From Octopus bimaculoides (lineage: Eukaryota), in NCBI RefSeq assembly GCF_001194135.2, contig NC_068982.1, positions 190,831,361 through 190,895,360 of the forward strand: DNA of 64,000 nucleotides, given 5' to 3'. Made by a program: the position numbers and the translations under genes. The notes beneath the pieces were generated by a model. The model worked only from the letters and a program-made list of their open reading frames with translations. It did not search any database and had not been told where the DNA came from. How positions within the stretch are numbered: the first letter of the stretch is position 1; every line of letters starts with the position of its first letter. Positions 50,466-62,680 of the stretch are shown in pieces.

Positions 50466-50562
50466 AAATTCCTTAATTTAGAATTTAGAAATTTTGTTCT
50501 CTTCCATTCACGCCCAGTTGACTCAAATAATTCTAATTTAACCTTTCGTGTCTGACTTGTTG
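50466..50562 (-). CDS. Candidate exon, phase 1-2 (5' boundary uncertain)
   Basis: Donor TTT|gtaagt and acceptor cttccccttccttggaacag. Frame TSQTRKVKLELFESTGREWKRTKFLNSKLRN. The same frame stays open upstream to about 50715 (RTIFECNTFVGHYGKCVEEIAEGGKILVVKLQ...). Confidence 0.45.
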
Positions 50563-51659
50563 CTGTTCCAAGGAAGGGGAAGCCTTCCATTTCATTTGAA
50601 GACCCTGTCAACATTTGCAGCTTCACTACCAATATTTTCCCACCTTCAGCAATTTCCTCCACACATTTTCCATAATGGCCAACAAATGTGTTACATTCAA
50701 AAATAGTTCTTTTTTTTTAATCTTTCAACTTAAATAATTGTTTTGTTTTCTAATCAGGCCACAGTCAGACAGGTCTTTCAATCATTTTTTCTTTTTTCAC
50801 TACAAATAGTGTTTATGTTGGTGTTTTTTTTTTAATATCTTAGTCTTTCTAGAATCAAACCAAGAGTCACAGTTCTCAACTACTTTATTGTTTCTTTATT
50901 TGTTTATCTTTTTTCTTCCATCCCCCCACCCTCCCTCCAGCTTCATTTTCTGCTTTTTCCATTAATAAACTATTAAAAGAGTACAGAATAATGTCTGGTT
51001 GTTTTAATATTTGATAAAAAAAAAAATTCTGGTTTCTATTAAAACAGGGATTACAATTCACATGTAGTTTTTTTGTTTTTTGGGGGGTTTTTTTAATGTA
51101 AATATTTCAAACTTAAGCAGCCAGGGTGGGAGGGGGGAGAGAAAGAGAGCAGGGGAGAATGGGTGGGATGGGTGAGAGTAAATAAAAAAGTTTTCATCAC
51201 TACCACCACCATCATCATCATCATCATCATTTTACATCCCAGCATCACATGAACTCCCATCAGCCAGTGCAGACCCCAGCAGAGAAAACTACCCATCCTT
51301 GTAGTACGTGTCATTTTGTTTTTTGGTTTTTTTTTGTCTAACTGCTGGGTGCCCCCTTCCTTCCAGGAACCAGTTTAGACTGGATACATTACATCATACC
51401 TCCAGCCCTGGAGAAGTCTGCAGCAGGACTAAAGAACCTCCCCACCCCACTTTCGTCCTGCTGTGACTGGTTGAGTATACCTTTCATCATCATTTAACAT
51501 CTCTGTCCCGTGCTGTGGTGCAACTACATTGGTAATGTTTTAACACCTCTCAATGCACTCTATGGCCTTGTTTTCATGACAGGGTCAGTGCATAATGGCC
51601 ATACTTCAACCCTCAGTTGACCCCCTTAGTTCAGCAAAAGAACTGAGTACACCAGCAAG

Positions 51660-51960
51660 ATATATCATCATCATCATTTAGCATCCATTGTCCATGCTGG
51701 CATGGGTTGGACAGTCTGACCAGGGCTGGCAAGCTGGAGGGCTGCACCAGACTCCAGTCTCATGTAGCATGGTTTTCTATGGCTGGATGCCCTTCATAAG
51801 GCCAACCACTCCAAGAGTGTAATGGGTGCTTTTATGTGCCACCGGCAGGGGAGCCAGTTGTGTGACACCACTATCTGCCACAACTGGGATTTTACTTGGT
51901 TTGATGGGTCTTCTTCTCAAGCATGACGTAATGCCAAAGGTCTTCGTGATTGACTTTGGC
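51660..51960 (-). mobile_element. RTE family A 3' UTR fragment
   Basis: Reverse homology. Confidence 0.75.
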
Positions 51961-51974
51961 ATTATGTCATGCTC

Positions 51975-52013
<39 letters not shown>

Positions 52014-52039
52014 ACGTTAAACAATGATGGTGATAATAT

Positions 52040-52345
52040 ACACCTTAGCTCTTCGATCCTTCAGTGCTGTCAGCACAACATGGGCATGGAGCCTTCTCCA
52101 GACATTCTGGTTGTTTGCCTTCCTCCTGGTTCCACTCAGCCTGACTCCCACTGCTGTCATGTCATCCCTTAATATACTGCATCACATTTTCCTTGGTGTT
52201 CCTCTCTGTTTTTTCCCTCTTTCTGGTTTCCATTCCATCACAATGGTAGCATCTCTCCTGCAATAATCAAAGTTCATGGCCAGCAAACCACATCCACTGC
52301 TTAGCCATCATGTCCTGCAGACTCCCCCATGCCTGCTCTTATCAC
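52040..52345 (-). mobile_element. Degenerate 3' ORF end of a fifth RTE lineage
   Basis: The minus strand gives QWMWFAGHEL*LLQE (frameshift) DATIVMEWKPERGKKQRGTPRKM*CSILRDDMTAVG...NQNVWRRL. This matches the RTE pattern WAGH.LR..AM.W.P..GKR.RG.PK.TW...DR..WR. Confidence 0.75.
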
Positions 52346-52780
52346 CTCTTTCTTTCTCACTCTGTCTCGATGACAGATGCCTAGAATTAAACATAGGCAA
52401 GGCCAATGGAACACATCCAGCAATTGAGAGAGACGTCTATTGTTATTTCTTGTTTGTATTCGTAATTCTGTACCATGTTCTTCGTTTTTTTGTTTGTTTG
52501 CTTTTTTTTTTTTGTCTTTGTTGCCATAGCTTTCTTACAAAGGGGTCTTACAAAAGCTTAGACTCTTTTGCGGGGAAACCAGATTGAACCATCTCGAGTG
52601 TAACTGCCCGAAACGGTAGTGACTTCTGGAACTTGACTGAGGAAAGAAAGCCACGAATGACCCGTCTTTTTTGCCTGTCCTTCCAATTGTTGCTTCTCTT
52701 GTCCGCCTTTGTATCGTTTACCCGTCTGAATGTTTTAATGTCCTCCATTGCATTTTTGTTCCTTATATATATATATATAT

Positions 52781-52906
52781 NNNNNNNNNNNNNNNNNNNN
52801 NNNNNNNNNNNNNNNNNNNNNNNNNNNNNNNNNNNNNNNNNNNNNNNNNNNNNNNNNNNNNNNNNNNNNNNNNNNNNNNNNNNNNNNNNNNNNNNNNNNN
52901 NNNNNN
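52781..52906. other. Assembly gap inside (TA)n
   Basis: N run. Confidence 0.99.
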
Positions 52907-52943
<37 letters not shown>

Positions 52944-53329
52944 GTATATGCACACACACACACATGATGTCAAATTCCTCCATGCCATCAGTCATACCTT
53001 GTTCACTACATTCATCTCCACCCATCTCTAACCATTTGTGACTCTCCTGTGAAATTACCCACCCACTCTTCCTGATTGTTGGTCTCTATCCCCTTTTCCA
53101 CTCACCTTCTTCAATCTTGATATGCCCTGATATCTTGTCAGTGCCATATTTATGTCTCTTTCCAACCACTTCCACTCCTATATAATGCAGAGTAGCTACG
53201 TATCTCCTCTATAACAAGGCACCTGTTCCTGTTGTATCATATTTTAGCTTCTCCCCAACTAGCATAAAGCTCTCCTACACACCCTGTCAAAGGGATTTGG
53301 GGGGGAGGGGGGCACCCTCACTAGTTCTG

Positions 53330-53770
53330 GTGCCATGGAAAAAAGCACCCTGTGTGCTCTGTGAATTAGTTGGCATTAGGAATGATGTCCGGCTGTAGAA
53401 ACCTGCCAGGGCAAACATTGGAGATTGATACATCCCTCTGACTAGTTATCATCATCATCATCATTTAGTGTTCATTGTCCATGCTGGTGTGGGTTGAACA
53501 GTTTGATAAGGAGCTGGTACGGTTGAAGAGCTGCACCAGGCTCCAGTTATCTGTTGTGGCAAGGTGTCTATAGCTGGATACCTTTCCCAACATCAACCAC
53601 ACTACAAAGTGTACTGGGTGCTTCTTATGTGACAACAGCACAGGTTAGATCCTGTCAAACGATCCGGCCCATGCCAGCATGGAAGACACATGTTAAATAT
53701 TGATGATGGTGTCTAACCCATGCCAGCATGGAAAATGGATATTAAATGATGACGATGATGATGATGATTC
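53330..53770. mobile_element. RTE family A plus-strand 3' end interrupted by a minus-strand copy (about 53450-53640)
   Basis: The plus copy breaks at catcatcatttagtg and resumes at gatcctgtcaaacgatccggcccatgccagcatgg. Confidence 0.7.
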
Positions 53771-54016
53771 TGTGTTTGTCTTACTTTAAAACTTCTATTT
53801 GTCAGTCAGTTGTCTCACAAATCAAATAAATACTCTATCTCTCTTAGAATATATGTCTTCAGTCGTGTTCCATAGTTTATCAGTCACTTGTCTTCCTAAA
53901 TGATATAAACATTCTATGTGTAATAGATTATGTTCTTGATTTTCTTCCATAGCTAAAACATTACAAACATCGACTGTAAGCGTTTTCCATCTGGAGAATT
54001 ATCAAGCTGACTTTAC

Positions 54017-54087
54017 AGACAACAGGCTTTTGTTTTAAATCTATTGTGACTTCAGAACACAATGGAGTCAAATATTTGAGTCTTTCT
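54017..54087 (-). CDS. Candidate 71-nt exon, phase 2-1 (unidentified gene)
   Basis: Acceptor ctgcttcttctttcag and donor GTCT|gtaaag. Only one frame is open: ERLKYLTPLCSEVTIDLKQKPVV. Confidence 0.4.
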
Positions 54088-54194
54088 CTGAAAGAAGAAG
54101 CAGTCTGCAGGCACTTCGCAAAATAATGCTTCTTTGTACTGTATTTGAATCAAAATACAGTGATGGATTTTGATTCAAAATCCATCACTGTTTG

Positions 54195-54272
54195 TATGTG
54201 TGTATATATATGTGTGTGTATAAATATATGTATGTGTGTGTATATATATATATATGTGTGTGTGTGTGTATG

Positions 54273-54307
<35 letters not shown>

Positions 54308-54356
54308 ATATATATATGTGTATATATATGTATATATATGCGTATATATGTATGTA

Positions 54357-54451
<95 letters not shown>

Positions 54452-54532
54452 ATATATATGTGTGTGTGTATATATATGTGTGTGTGTATATATATATGTG
54501 TGTATATGTATATATATGTATATACGCATATA

Positions 54533-54609
<77 letters not shown>

Positions 54610-54616
54610 GTATGTA
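54195..54616. repeat. Long compound (TA)n/(TG)n microsatellite
   Basis: Directly visible; it produces the ORFs at 54145-54676. Confidence 0.98.
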
Positions 54617-54965
54617 TCTTTTATCTTTTACTTGTTTCAGTCATTAAGTTGTGGCCATGCTAGGGCATCACCTTGAAGAATTTTAGTTAAACATATTGAC
54701 CCTAATGCTAATTTCTTTTTATAAGTTTGGTACTTATTTTATCAGTCTCTTTTACCAAACTGCTATGTTAGTAGGACGCAAACACACCAACACTGGTTGT
54801 CATGCATTGGTAGACAAACACAGCTACCCACAACAGGATCCACTCACAAGGCTTTGGTTGGTGTGAGGTTTTAATAGGAGACAGTTGGCCAAGGTGCCAC
54901 CCAGTGGGACTGAACCCAGAACCATGTGATTGAGAAGCGAACGTCTTACCACACAGCCATGCCTT
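54617..54965 (-). mobile_element. Composite SINE family B/C
   Basis: Full-length reverse copy. Confidence 0.8.
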
Positions 54966-55272
54966 TGTAGCTTATCTGTCTGAAAGATCATTACAGTTTC
55001 CCTGGTATTTTGTCTCTGATAAGGAAGCCTTATTGTGCACCCTGTTATTCTTATCTTATTGGTGCATGCATGGATTTGTGTTTCAGGAGCTGGTTTCCCA
55101 GCTGTGTCAGTCTCACTGCACACCACCTTGGGCAAATGTCATCTATTTTAGCCCTTGGCTGACTAAAGCCTCGTGAGTGGATTTGGTAGACAGAAACTGA
55201 AAGCCATCATTGAAGCTTGAGGCAGCACTCTGGCTGCACCAAGGATCAAGGATATTAAATGATGATGATGAT

Positions 55273-55311
<39 letters not shown>

Positions 55312-55470
55312 TCATGCAAGGGATGTTGTTTCTTTGCAGTCTTTTGTGAAAAACATGTCTGTCCCTGGGGAAATATTATCCTGGAGACAGATAAGGGTTG
55401 GCAACAGGAAGAGCTTCTGGCTGTCGAAAATTTGCCTTGAAAATTTCCAAGCATGGAAGGCAAGCATCAA

Positions 55471-55691
55471 CCCTTTGGCATTTAAACTGACCATATCTGG
55501 CCCAAAATATTCCACCTGTTTTGTGCACAAACTGGCCGGCTCTGTCTGCTCACACCTACCCTACCATGTCGTTCTAAACATAAACAATCACATCCTCAAA
55601 ATCTCAAAGCTATGAGATAATCCATGATTAACTCAAAGCAATATTAATAAATAAGCATTGTATTGAACAGAGTAATCTGAATGCTAAAAAG
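55471..55691. mobile_element. piggyBac-like MITE
   Basis: Termini tcaa|ccctttggcatt ... aatgctaaaaag|ttaa. A left-end fragment (ttaaccatctagcatttaaactggccatatc) recurs at about 58021. Confidence 0.55.
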
Positions 55692-56551
55692 TTAAACACT
55701 GATGATGACAATGATGATGATGATTGTGGTGGTGGTGATGATGATGTTGATGATGATGATGATCTTGACTTGAATTATAAAATTTATTGTACTCCACCAT
55801 TAATTATTTGTGATAATAACAGTTATGATTGTGAATATTTAAATTTTTGCCTTAATATCAAAAATATTTGAGCTTTTCTCTTTCTCTTTTTTTTTTCCTT
55901 GCTTTACCAACAAGAATGTTTTGTAGTTGAAAGGCCACATCTAAATGAATCCCTTTGTGACTGTCCAACTTGAAAATACCACTGCAATTAAGCATTTTCA
56001 TCTCACTCCCTCATTATGTTCACTTGTGGTATTTCCTCTGCCCTTAACACCAGGCTATTTATATCATTAGCATTCTTCAAGAACTGGCTGTTTGTTGGTC
56101 ACTCATTAGTCATGTGTTACTGTCTTTTTTAATCCTTTTCCCATCATTTTTCTAAACGATGGGGTCTTTCAGTTACTGAATGGTGAACAACAACAATCAA
56201 AACAAAGACAAGTATAGTTTTTTTTTTCTTTAATCATTTCAGTGCTGGGGCACTGCCTTGAATTATTCTGTTGGTCTCTTTTGCCGAACTGCTAAGTTAC
56301 AGGGATATAAACACACCAGCATTGGTTGTGAAGCAGTGGTATAGAACATACACGTGCATAAATACACATATACACATGACAAGTTTCTTTCTGTTTCCAT
56401 CTACAAAATCCACTCACAAGGCTTTGGTCGGCCCGAGGCCATAGTACAAAACACTTGCCCACGGTCCCATGCAGTAAGACTGAACCTGGAATCATGTGAT
56501 TGTGAAGTGAACTTCTGATCTAGCTTTTTAATGCATAAAATGTTTACTCAA

Positions 56552-56582
56552 GTTTCCATTTTCTTTTCTCTTTCAGGTGAGT
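56552..56582 (+). promoter_or_regulatory. Candidate recursive (ratchet) splice site
   Basis: gtttccattttcttttctctttCAG|GTGAGT is a consensus acceptor fused to a consensus donor, with the junction at 56576/56577. Confidence 0.4.
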
Positions 56583-58059
56583 TGTCTTTCCAAACTAATC
56601 ATTATGACACCAAACTATCTCTATAAAGGTACCGTGAGGATTTGTTATTTATTATTGTGTGATGATGATTACAGCACAATGCTTGGAATAGCATTGGTGG
56701 TCAGCATCTACCGATGTAGTAAAGGAAGTTAAGAAATTGGAATGAGATTTTGGGGTGGAACATACTTTTTATATAAGAGAGAAAGATTCACATGGGAACA
56801 TAGGTACGAAACAAGGTGGAGAAAATATCGTTTGGCTGGCAAATCTAGAATAAAATTTAGTGTTTTACTGAAGCAGAGAAACTCGGTGAAGTGTATGTCA
56901 GAGTTTCACACTTTTGCTGATCAGATAGAAGTGAACCTTTTGTTAGAATACAATAGTTTTGAATGGTGCAGCAATGAAGATTAGGGAACAAATGATGACA
57001 GGGACACTTAAAGCTGACTGGGCTGAGGGTTCTGTTTGGTAAGCATCATTGACTGTTGACAAAAAACAAAATAAACATTAATAAAATGAAGTTCTATGCA
57101 TTGGGGTCTGAAAATAATTACAATATCTGCAGGTAAGGACAATATCATGTGAGGTGATTGTTTTCTATAGCGTCAGGTCTTGTGAGTGACATTAGGTTGA
57201 CGGAAACAGTACAGAAGCCTGTCATGTGGATTGTACCAGTAATTCAACAGGAGCAATCTTGTTTACTGTGTAATGGTGATTGTAAAGATAGATGCATTTG
57301 TGAAGTATTCAGCCAGTTCAGGAGCAGATAATTCTGTTGGTTTAACAACTGACTGCTCATCACCAAGTGATGGACATCCACCATCATCATGTGTGTGTGT
57401 GTGTGTGTGCAGAGTGTCTGTGGGTGGGTGCGTGTGTACTTATTCAATCATAGGGTAGACAGCATATTTGATTATCTGTGACTTTTTTTTTAATCCAATA
57501 ATATTGAAAACTATTGATTATCTCCTAAAACAAACCTAATCATTGAAGCTGTTATCAAAGTTAGATATAGACTCTATAAAATGGCTTTCGTAGTACTGGT
57601 ATTGTAATGAAACTTAAATCAATGTAATTATCATAGAAATTTGGTAGTAAAGTTGTAAAAAAAAAGTGGAAAGAAAAATATTTATATACTTTTCATTACA
57701 TCACCATTTCTGCCTCCCACGCTATAAACTATAAGAATGTGTGTGGATGCATGTTTATATGTGTGTGAGAGAGAGAGAGTGAGTATGTCTGTATGTCTCC
57801 TGATTATTTTCTTCACAATAATATAAAATCTCAGAAGGAAAAAAATGCAATGTTGAAATTTTTTGAATCATAGAAGAATGTTCATTGTTTGGTTTATTAT
57901 CTTTGAAATATTTGTTGCAGCATCTTTTAGAAGATGCTGCAACAAAAAGAATGGCTAATTTAATAAAGGGGCTACAAAGAACCACAGAATCAAGTTTCTG
58001 TATATATTTGTCTGAAAGGTTTAACCATCTAGCATTTAAACTGGCCATATCAAACCACA

Positions 58060-58345
58060 CGGTTCATAATTCTGTCCCACTGTGTGGCACTTTGGGCAAG
58101 TGTCTTCTCAGGCCAACCAAAACCTTGTGAATGGATTTAGTTAACAGAAACTGAAAGAAACCCATCATTTGTGTGTGTGTGTGTGCATCTTTTTGAGTGT
58201 TTAGCAGTTCAGCAAAAGAGATTGATAGAATGAGTACCAGGATTTAAAAAAATGAAAACTAAGCCCTGGGGGTTGATTCATTTGAGTGAAAATTCTTGAA
58301 GGTGGTGCCCCAGCATGGCCACCCTCTGATGACTGAAATAAGTAT
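58060..58345 (+). mobile_element. Composite SINE family B/C (internally deleted)
   Basis: Homology to 41805-42215. Confidence 0.7.
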
Positions 58346-58877
58346 TAAAAAAAAAAGCAGAAACGAAGAAGTAAGATATATATATATATAAAGGTTAGAT
58401 TCTTTGCAATCAGATTTCTTGTGTTGTTCTTGTTTCTGCTGATCTGGAAGTATTTCTTTTGTCCTGTCCTGCAGACTTGATTGAGAAGACTTTAATGTCC
58501 ACAAAAGATTAAAAGATAATGAAGAAGCCATCAAGATTCTACTTAGCTGAAGTGTTTAGAAAAAAAAACTAGGGTTTCTTTCAGTACTCATCTCCTCTTC
58601 ACTTCCTTTGTTTTTTTAATTTTTTTTTTTTTTTCTTATTTGTTTCTTCAGATTTATGCAATCTCTATCAAAGGTCTTTTAGTTTGTATTTGAAACTACT
58701 GCAGTGGCCATACTGCATTCAATGAATGAGAAATAAACACATCTCTATGGCAGATGATTGGACTAAAATATGAAAGGAAAGAAGTTAATGCAAGAATATT
58801 CAAATCTTAAGAATTTCTCTTGTAATCTTTGTCTCTTGCAACACAACACTGGAATGTAACTAAAACACACAACGTTA

Positions 58878-59418
58878 NNNNNNNNNNNNNNNNNNNNNNN
58901 NNNNNNNNNNNNNNNNNNNNNNNNNNNNNNNNNNNNNNNNNNNNNNNNNNNNNNNNNNNNNNNNNNNNNNNNNNNNNNNNNNNNNNNNNNNNNNNNNNNN
59001 NNNNNNNNNNNNNNNNNNNNNNNNNNNNNNNNNNNNNNNNNNNNNNNNNNNNNNNNNNNNNNNNNNNNNNNNNNNNNNNNNNNNNNNNNNNNNNNNNNNN
59101 NNNNNNNNNNNNNNNNNNNNNNNNNNNNNNNNNNNNNNNNNNNNNNNNNNNNNNNNNNNNNNNNNNNNNNNNNNNNNNNNNNNNNNNNNNNNNNNNNNNN
59201 NNNNNNNNNNNNNNNNNNNNNNNNNNNNNNNNNNNNNNNNNNNNNNNNNNNNNNNNNNNNNNNNNNNNNNNNNNNNNNNNNNNNNNNNNNNNNNNNNNNN
59301 NNNNNNNNNNNNNNNNNNNNNNNNNNNNNNNNNNNNNNNNNNNNNNNNNNNNNNNNNNNNNNNNNNNNNNNNNNNNNNNNNNNNNNNNNNNNNNNNNNNN
59401 NNNNNNNNNNNNNNNNNN
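58878..59418. other. Assembly gap
   Basis: N run. Confidence 0.99.
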
Positions 59419-59439
59419 TATATATATATATATATATAT

Positions 59440-60385
59440 ATATTTTTATCTTTTACTTATTTCAGTCATTAAACTTTGGCCATGCTGGGGCACTGCCTTG
59501 AATTTTAGTTGAACAAATTGACCCCAGTATTTCTTTTATATAATTTTTTAAAGTTTGGTACTTATTCTATCAGTTACTTTTGCCAAACTGCTAAGTTATG
59601 GGGACATAAACACATCAGTGGTGCAGGAGGACATCGCCTTGAAGAATTTTAATCAACCTGAGAACTTATTTTTTTAAAGCTGGTGCTTATTCTATCGGTT
59701 TGTTTTGCCAAACAGCTAAGTTACAGGGACATAAACACACCAGCACTGGTTGTGAAGCGGTGGGAGGAGGACAAGGAGAAATCAACATTTTCCAGCCACC
59801 AATACATTGTTCAGGAACAATATTAGTTTCAAATTTTAACACAAGGCCAGCAATTCCGAAGGAGGAGGGGCAAATCATTTACTTTTTTTTTTTTTTTTTT
59901 TACCCTCTAAGGATGAAAGACAAAGCTGACCCTAGCAGCATTCAAACTCAAAATGTAAAAACAGACAAAATGCCACTTAGCATTTTGCCCCACATGCTAC
60001 GATTCTACCAGCTTGCTGCCACATTGTTAAAATATCTGAATATATTTCTCAATCTCCTTTCATTCGTTCCAATATCACACAAAACACTTGTTCTTCTCTC
60101 ACTTACGCTCCAGCCTCTCCATAATCAATGATTTCTCCCTTTTTTTTTATTCAGTGCCACAACTTTTTTTAATCTTTTTTTTACTGCAAGCTGCTGCATT
60201 TGATCCTATTTGATGTTCCTATGTTTGCAGGTGTGCATGTATGGCAGTGTGGTTAAGCAGCTTTGTTTGCAATCCTGTGCTTTCAGGTTCTGTACCTCTG
60301 CACAGCACCTTAGGCAAGTAGGCCAACCAATGCCTCCTAAGTGAATTTGGCAGATGGAAACTGTGTAGAAACCTGTTGTATGTGT
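59440..60385. mobile_element. SINE cluster: B/C 3' modules (minus, about 59440-59770), family D (minus, about 59820-60020) and a B head (plus, about 60230-60385)
   Basis: Internal homology. Confidence 0.7.
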
Positions 60386-60874
60386 TTATGGGGAAATATT
60401 ACCTGACTCGGAAACATGAGGATTGTTGATATGAAGGGCATCAGCCATAAAAAATCTGCCCTAACATATTTCATCTGGCCTAAGTTAGCACGGAAAATTA
60501 GAAGTTAAAATGGTGATCTTTTTCTCTTCCTTCACATCAGGTCCGTTATGTTTGTGTCAGATTGTTGTTTTTATTTAAATGTTTCAGCAGTATTCTTGGT
60601 GTTTTTAAAAGTATGGATACATTCTGGTTGTGGTACATCTTTCATTTGGCCTCCACTGCTAATTAGCTCACCTCATTAACAGAAACTTGCTACTATCTCC
60701 AAGATCCTCTCAGGCATTTTAGAAAACCTATTTCCTGTGTGCTCATGGTGTTTACTCCTCCTGAATATCTCCCACGTACAAAAGACTACTTTGGCATTTT
60801 TAATTTTGGTTGTTTATAAATATATGTTGGTGTGTGTTTGTGTGTGCATGTATGTATGTGCTTGTATCTATATA

Positions 60875-61200
60875 CACAAGATCTGGTCCAAAAGTAATCA
60901 AGACTGGTGCCATAAAAAGAAAACTACAGTGCATATCAACTTGGCATTTAATCTTCTTTGAAGTTGTCCCCTTCTGGAGCCACACACTTTCTCCAGCATC
61001 ATTTCCATTGATGGGAACAAGTGTTCCTGGAACTCCTTTTTGAGATAGTGAGCATCTTCCTCATCACGTTCTCTTGGATTTCCTCAACATCTTGAATTCT
61101 TGTAACTTTCAAGCCTTGGTTTCAGGGTCGTTGCCATAGTCCCATGATTCTTCACCTGTTCTGATGGTTTTTAAAATTCTTTTGTCTCCCTCAACACAAG
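60875..61200 (-). mobile_element. Mariner transposase remnant, internally deleted
   Basis: The minus strand gives ILKTIRTGEESWDYGNDPETK (the ITGDESWVYGYDPETK motif around the first catalytic Asp). It is joined to a frameshifted C-terminal segment (..VEEIQEN..MLTISK..FQEHL...WRKCVAPEGDNFKED*) and a TIR-like end abutting TA at 60873-60874. Confidence 0.75.
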
Positions 61201-61809
61201 GAGATCCTACACAGCTGAAACCTTTTCAAGACATTCACACTCTGCAAACTTTACTTCCAGGCTCTGCTAGAAACAATGGAACCAAGCAAGAACATTATAA
61301 CTGAGTGTCAAATGCCAACAGAGTTCAAGGTCAATCTGTGTCAAGTGACTTCACTTGGTGAACTTTGGCTCCATTACCATAGCAACAGTCCCAGATACAT
61401 TTTGATCAGACATCATATAGATATTTATAAAATTGTATGTGGGGACATAATCATAGTAAACAATGAATCCTGGGTTAAGAAATGGGGGTCAATCTAATTG
61501 GCCCTTGGTTGCATCTACACACGCAAATAATGTCCTCATACCTTTTTTCTGTTTTTTCATGTTGACAGAAGCTTAGCTGGTCTCTCAGTGCCTGGCCAAG
61601 GAGTGAGTGTGACCATAGATGTGGTGGTGGTGGTGGTGGTGGTGGTGGTGGGGAAGATTAAAGAGTTTTGTTCAGAGTTACTGCTCTCCTCAGTGGGTTA
61701 CCTCCACCGCAACAGCTTACACAGACAATACTAATCTCTCGTCTCTTCAGTACACACACACACACGCACACACACACATACATGTTTATCTCATAAAACA
61801 TAAGAGATT

Positions 61810-62000
61810 CATCATCATCATCATCGTTTTATGTCCATTTTCCATGCTGGCATGGGTTGGACGGTTCAACTGGGAGGGCTGGCAAGCCAGTAGGCTGCGC
61901 CAGACTCCAGTCTGATTTGGCAGTGTTTCTTACAGCTGGATGCCCTTCCTAACGCCAATCACTCCGAGAGTGTAGTGGGTGCTTTTTTACATGCCAACTC
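61810..62000 (-). mobile_element. RTE family A 3' fragment
   Basis: Reverse homology. Confidence 0.8.
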
Positions 62001-62640
62001 TAGTGAGGTCACCATTTAACTCACAAGATTAAGATGCTCTTTGACTTAGTGGGGCTACAGTAGAGAAAGATGGCTTAATATATATGAAGATGGGAACTAA
62101 AGATTGAGAAACCAGTTTTAAAATGTTCATTTTTAAATGAAAACTTTCTTATTTTAATCAAAACCTTCAAAGTTTTGTTTCGGTTATCTCCCACCCCCTG
62201 CCTCCCACTAAATCCTCGTTAATTCTTGTTTAGTTTTAAAACTGAGTCAAATACAATGATTTGCTAATGTGGTGAGATAAGACTCAAATAGCTTTGTTAA
62301 TAATATCTGCTGTGTTTATCTCTGGCATCTCTCTCTCTCTCTCTCTCTCTCCACCCCAGCACCACCATTTCTTGGTTTTTATCCTGTAATCTTTGCCTCC
62401 AGGAAGTTTCCTTTAACTATTTAACCATTTTTTCCATCCTTGGCCCCATTTTCCACAAAATATAGTCTTTCCACATTCTTTCATTCTTTCTTTCCTTCCT
62501 CACTGTCTCTTTCACTACCTAAATTTACATCATCGTATTTATTTTCAGATTTAGTTTTTTCAAATTAATCTCCAGAACTTTTTTCAATTTTTTGGCATCT
62601 AATTTCTGCTAGTAGACATCTTAACAGTATTCTCTTTCTT

Positions 62641-62680
<40 letters not shown>

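Noticed and set aside
54145-54676. Four overlapping 114-172-aa ORFs
   Set aside because: Pure (TA)/(TG) dinucleotide repeat.
56947-57038. Plus-strand exon-like unit NTIVLNGAAMKIREQMMTGTLKADWAEGSV with gtaagc donor; similar unit at 22490-22620
   Set aside because: Isolated, with no recognisable homology and no phase-linked partner.
58400-58555. Strong plus-strand acceptor (cttttgtcctgtcctgcag) with coding-like downstream sequence
   Set aside because: All three frames stop within 40 nt.
58829-59512. 227-aa ORF, and similar ORFs at 441-991 and 52548-53031
   Set aside because: Their length comes from N runs.
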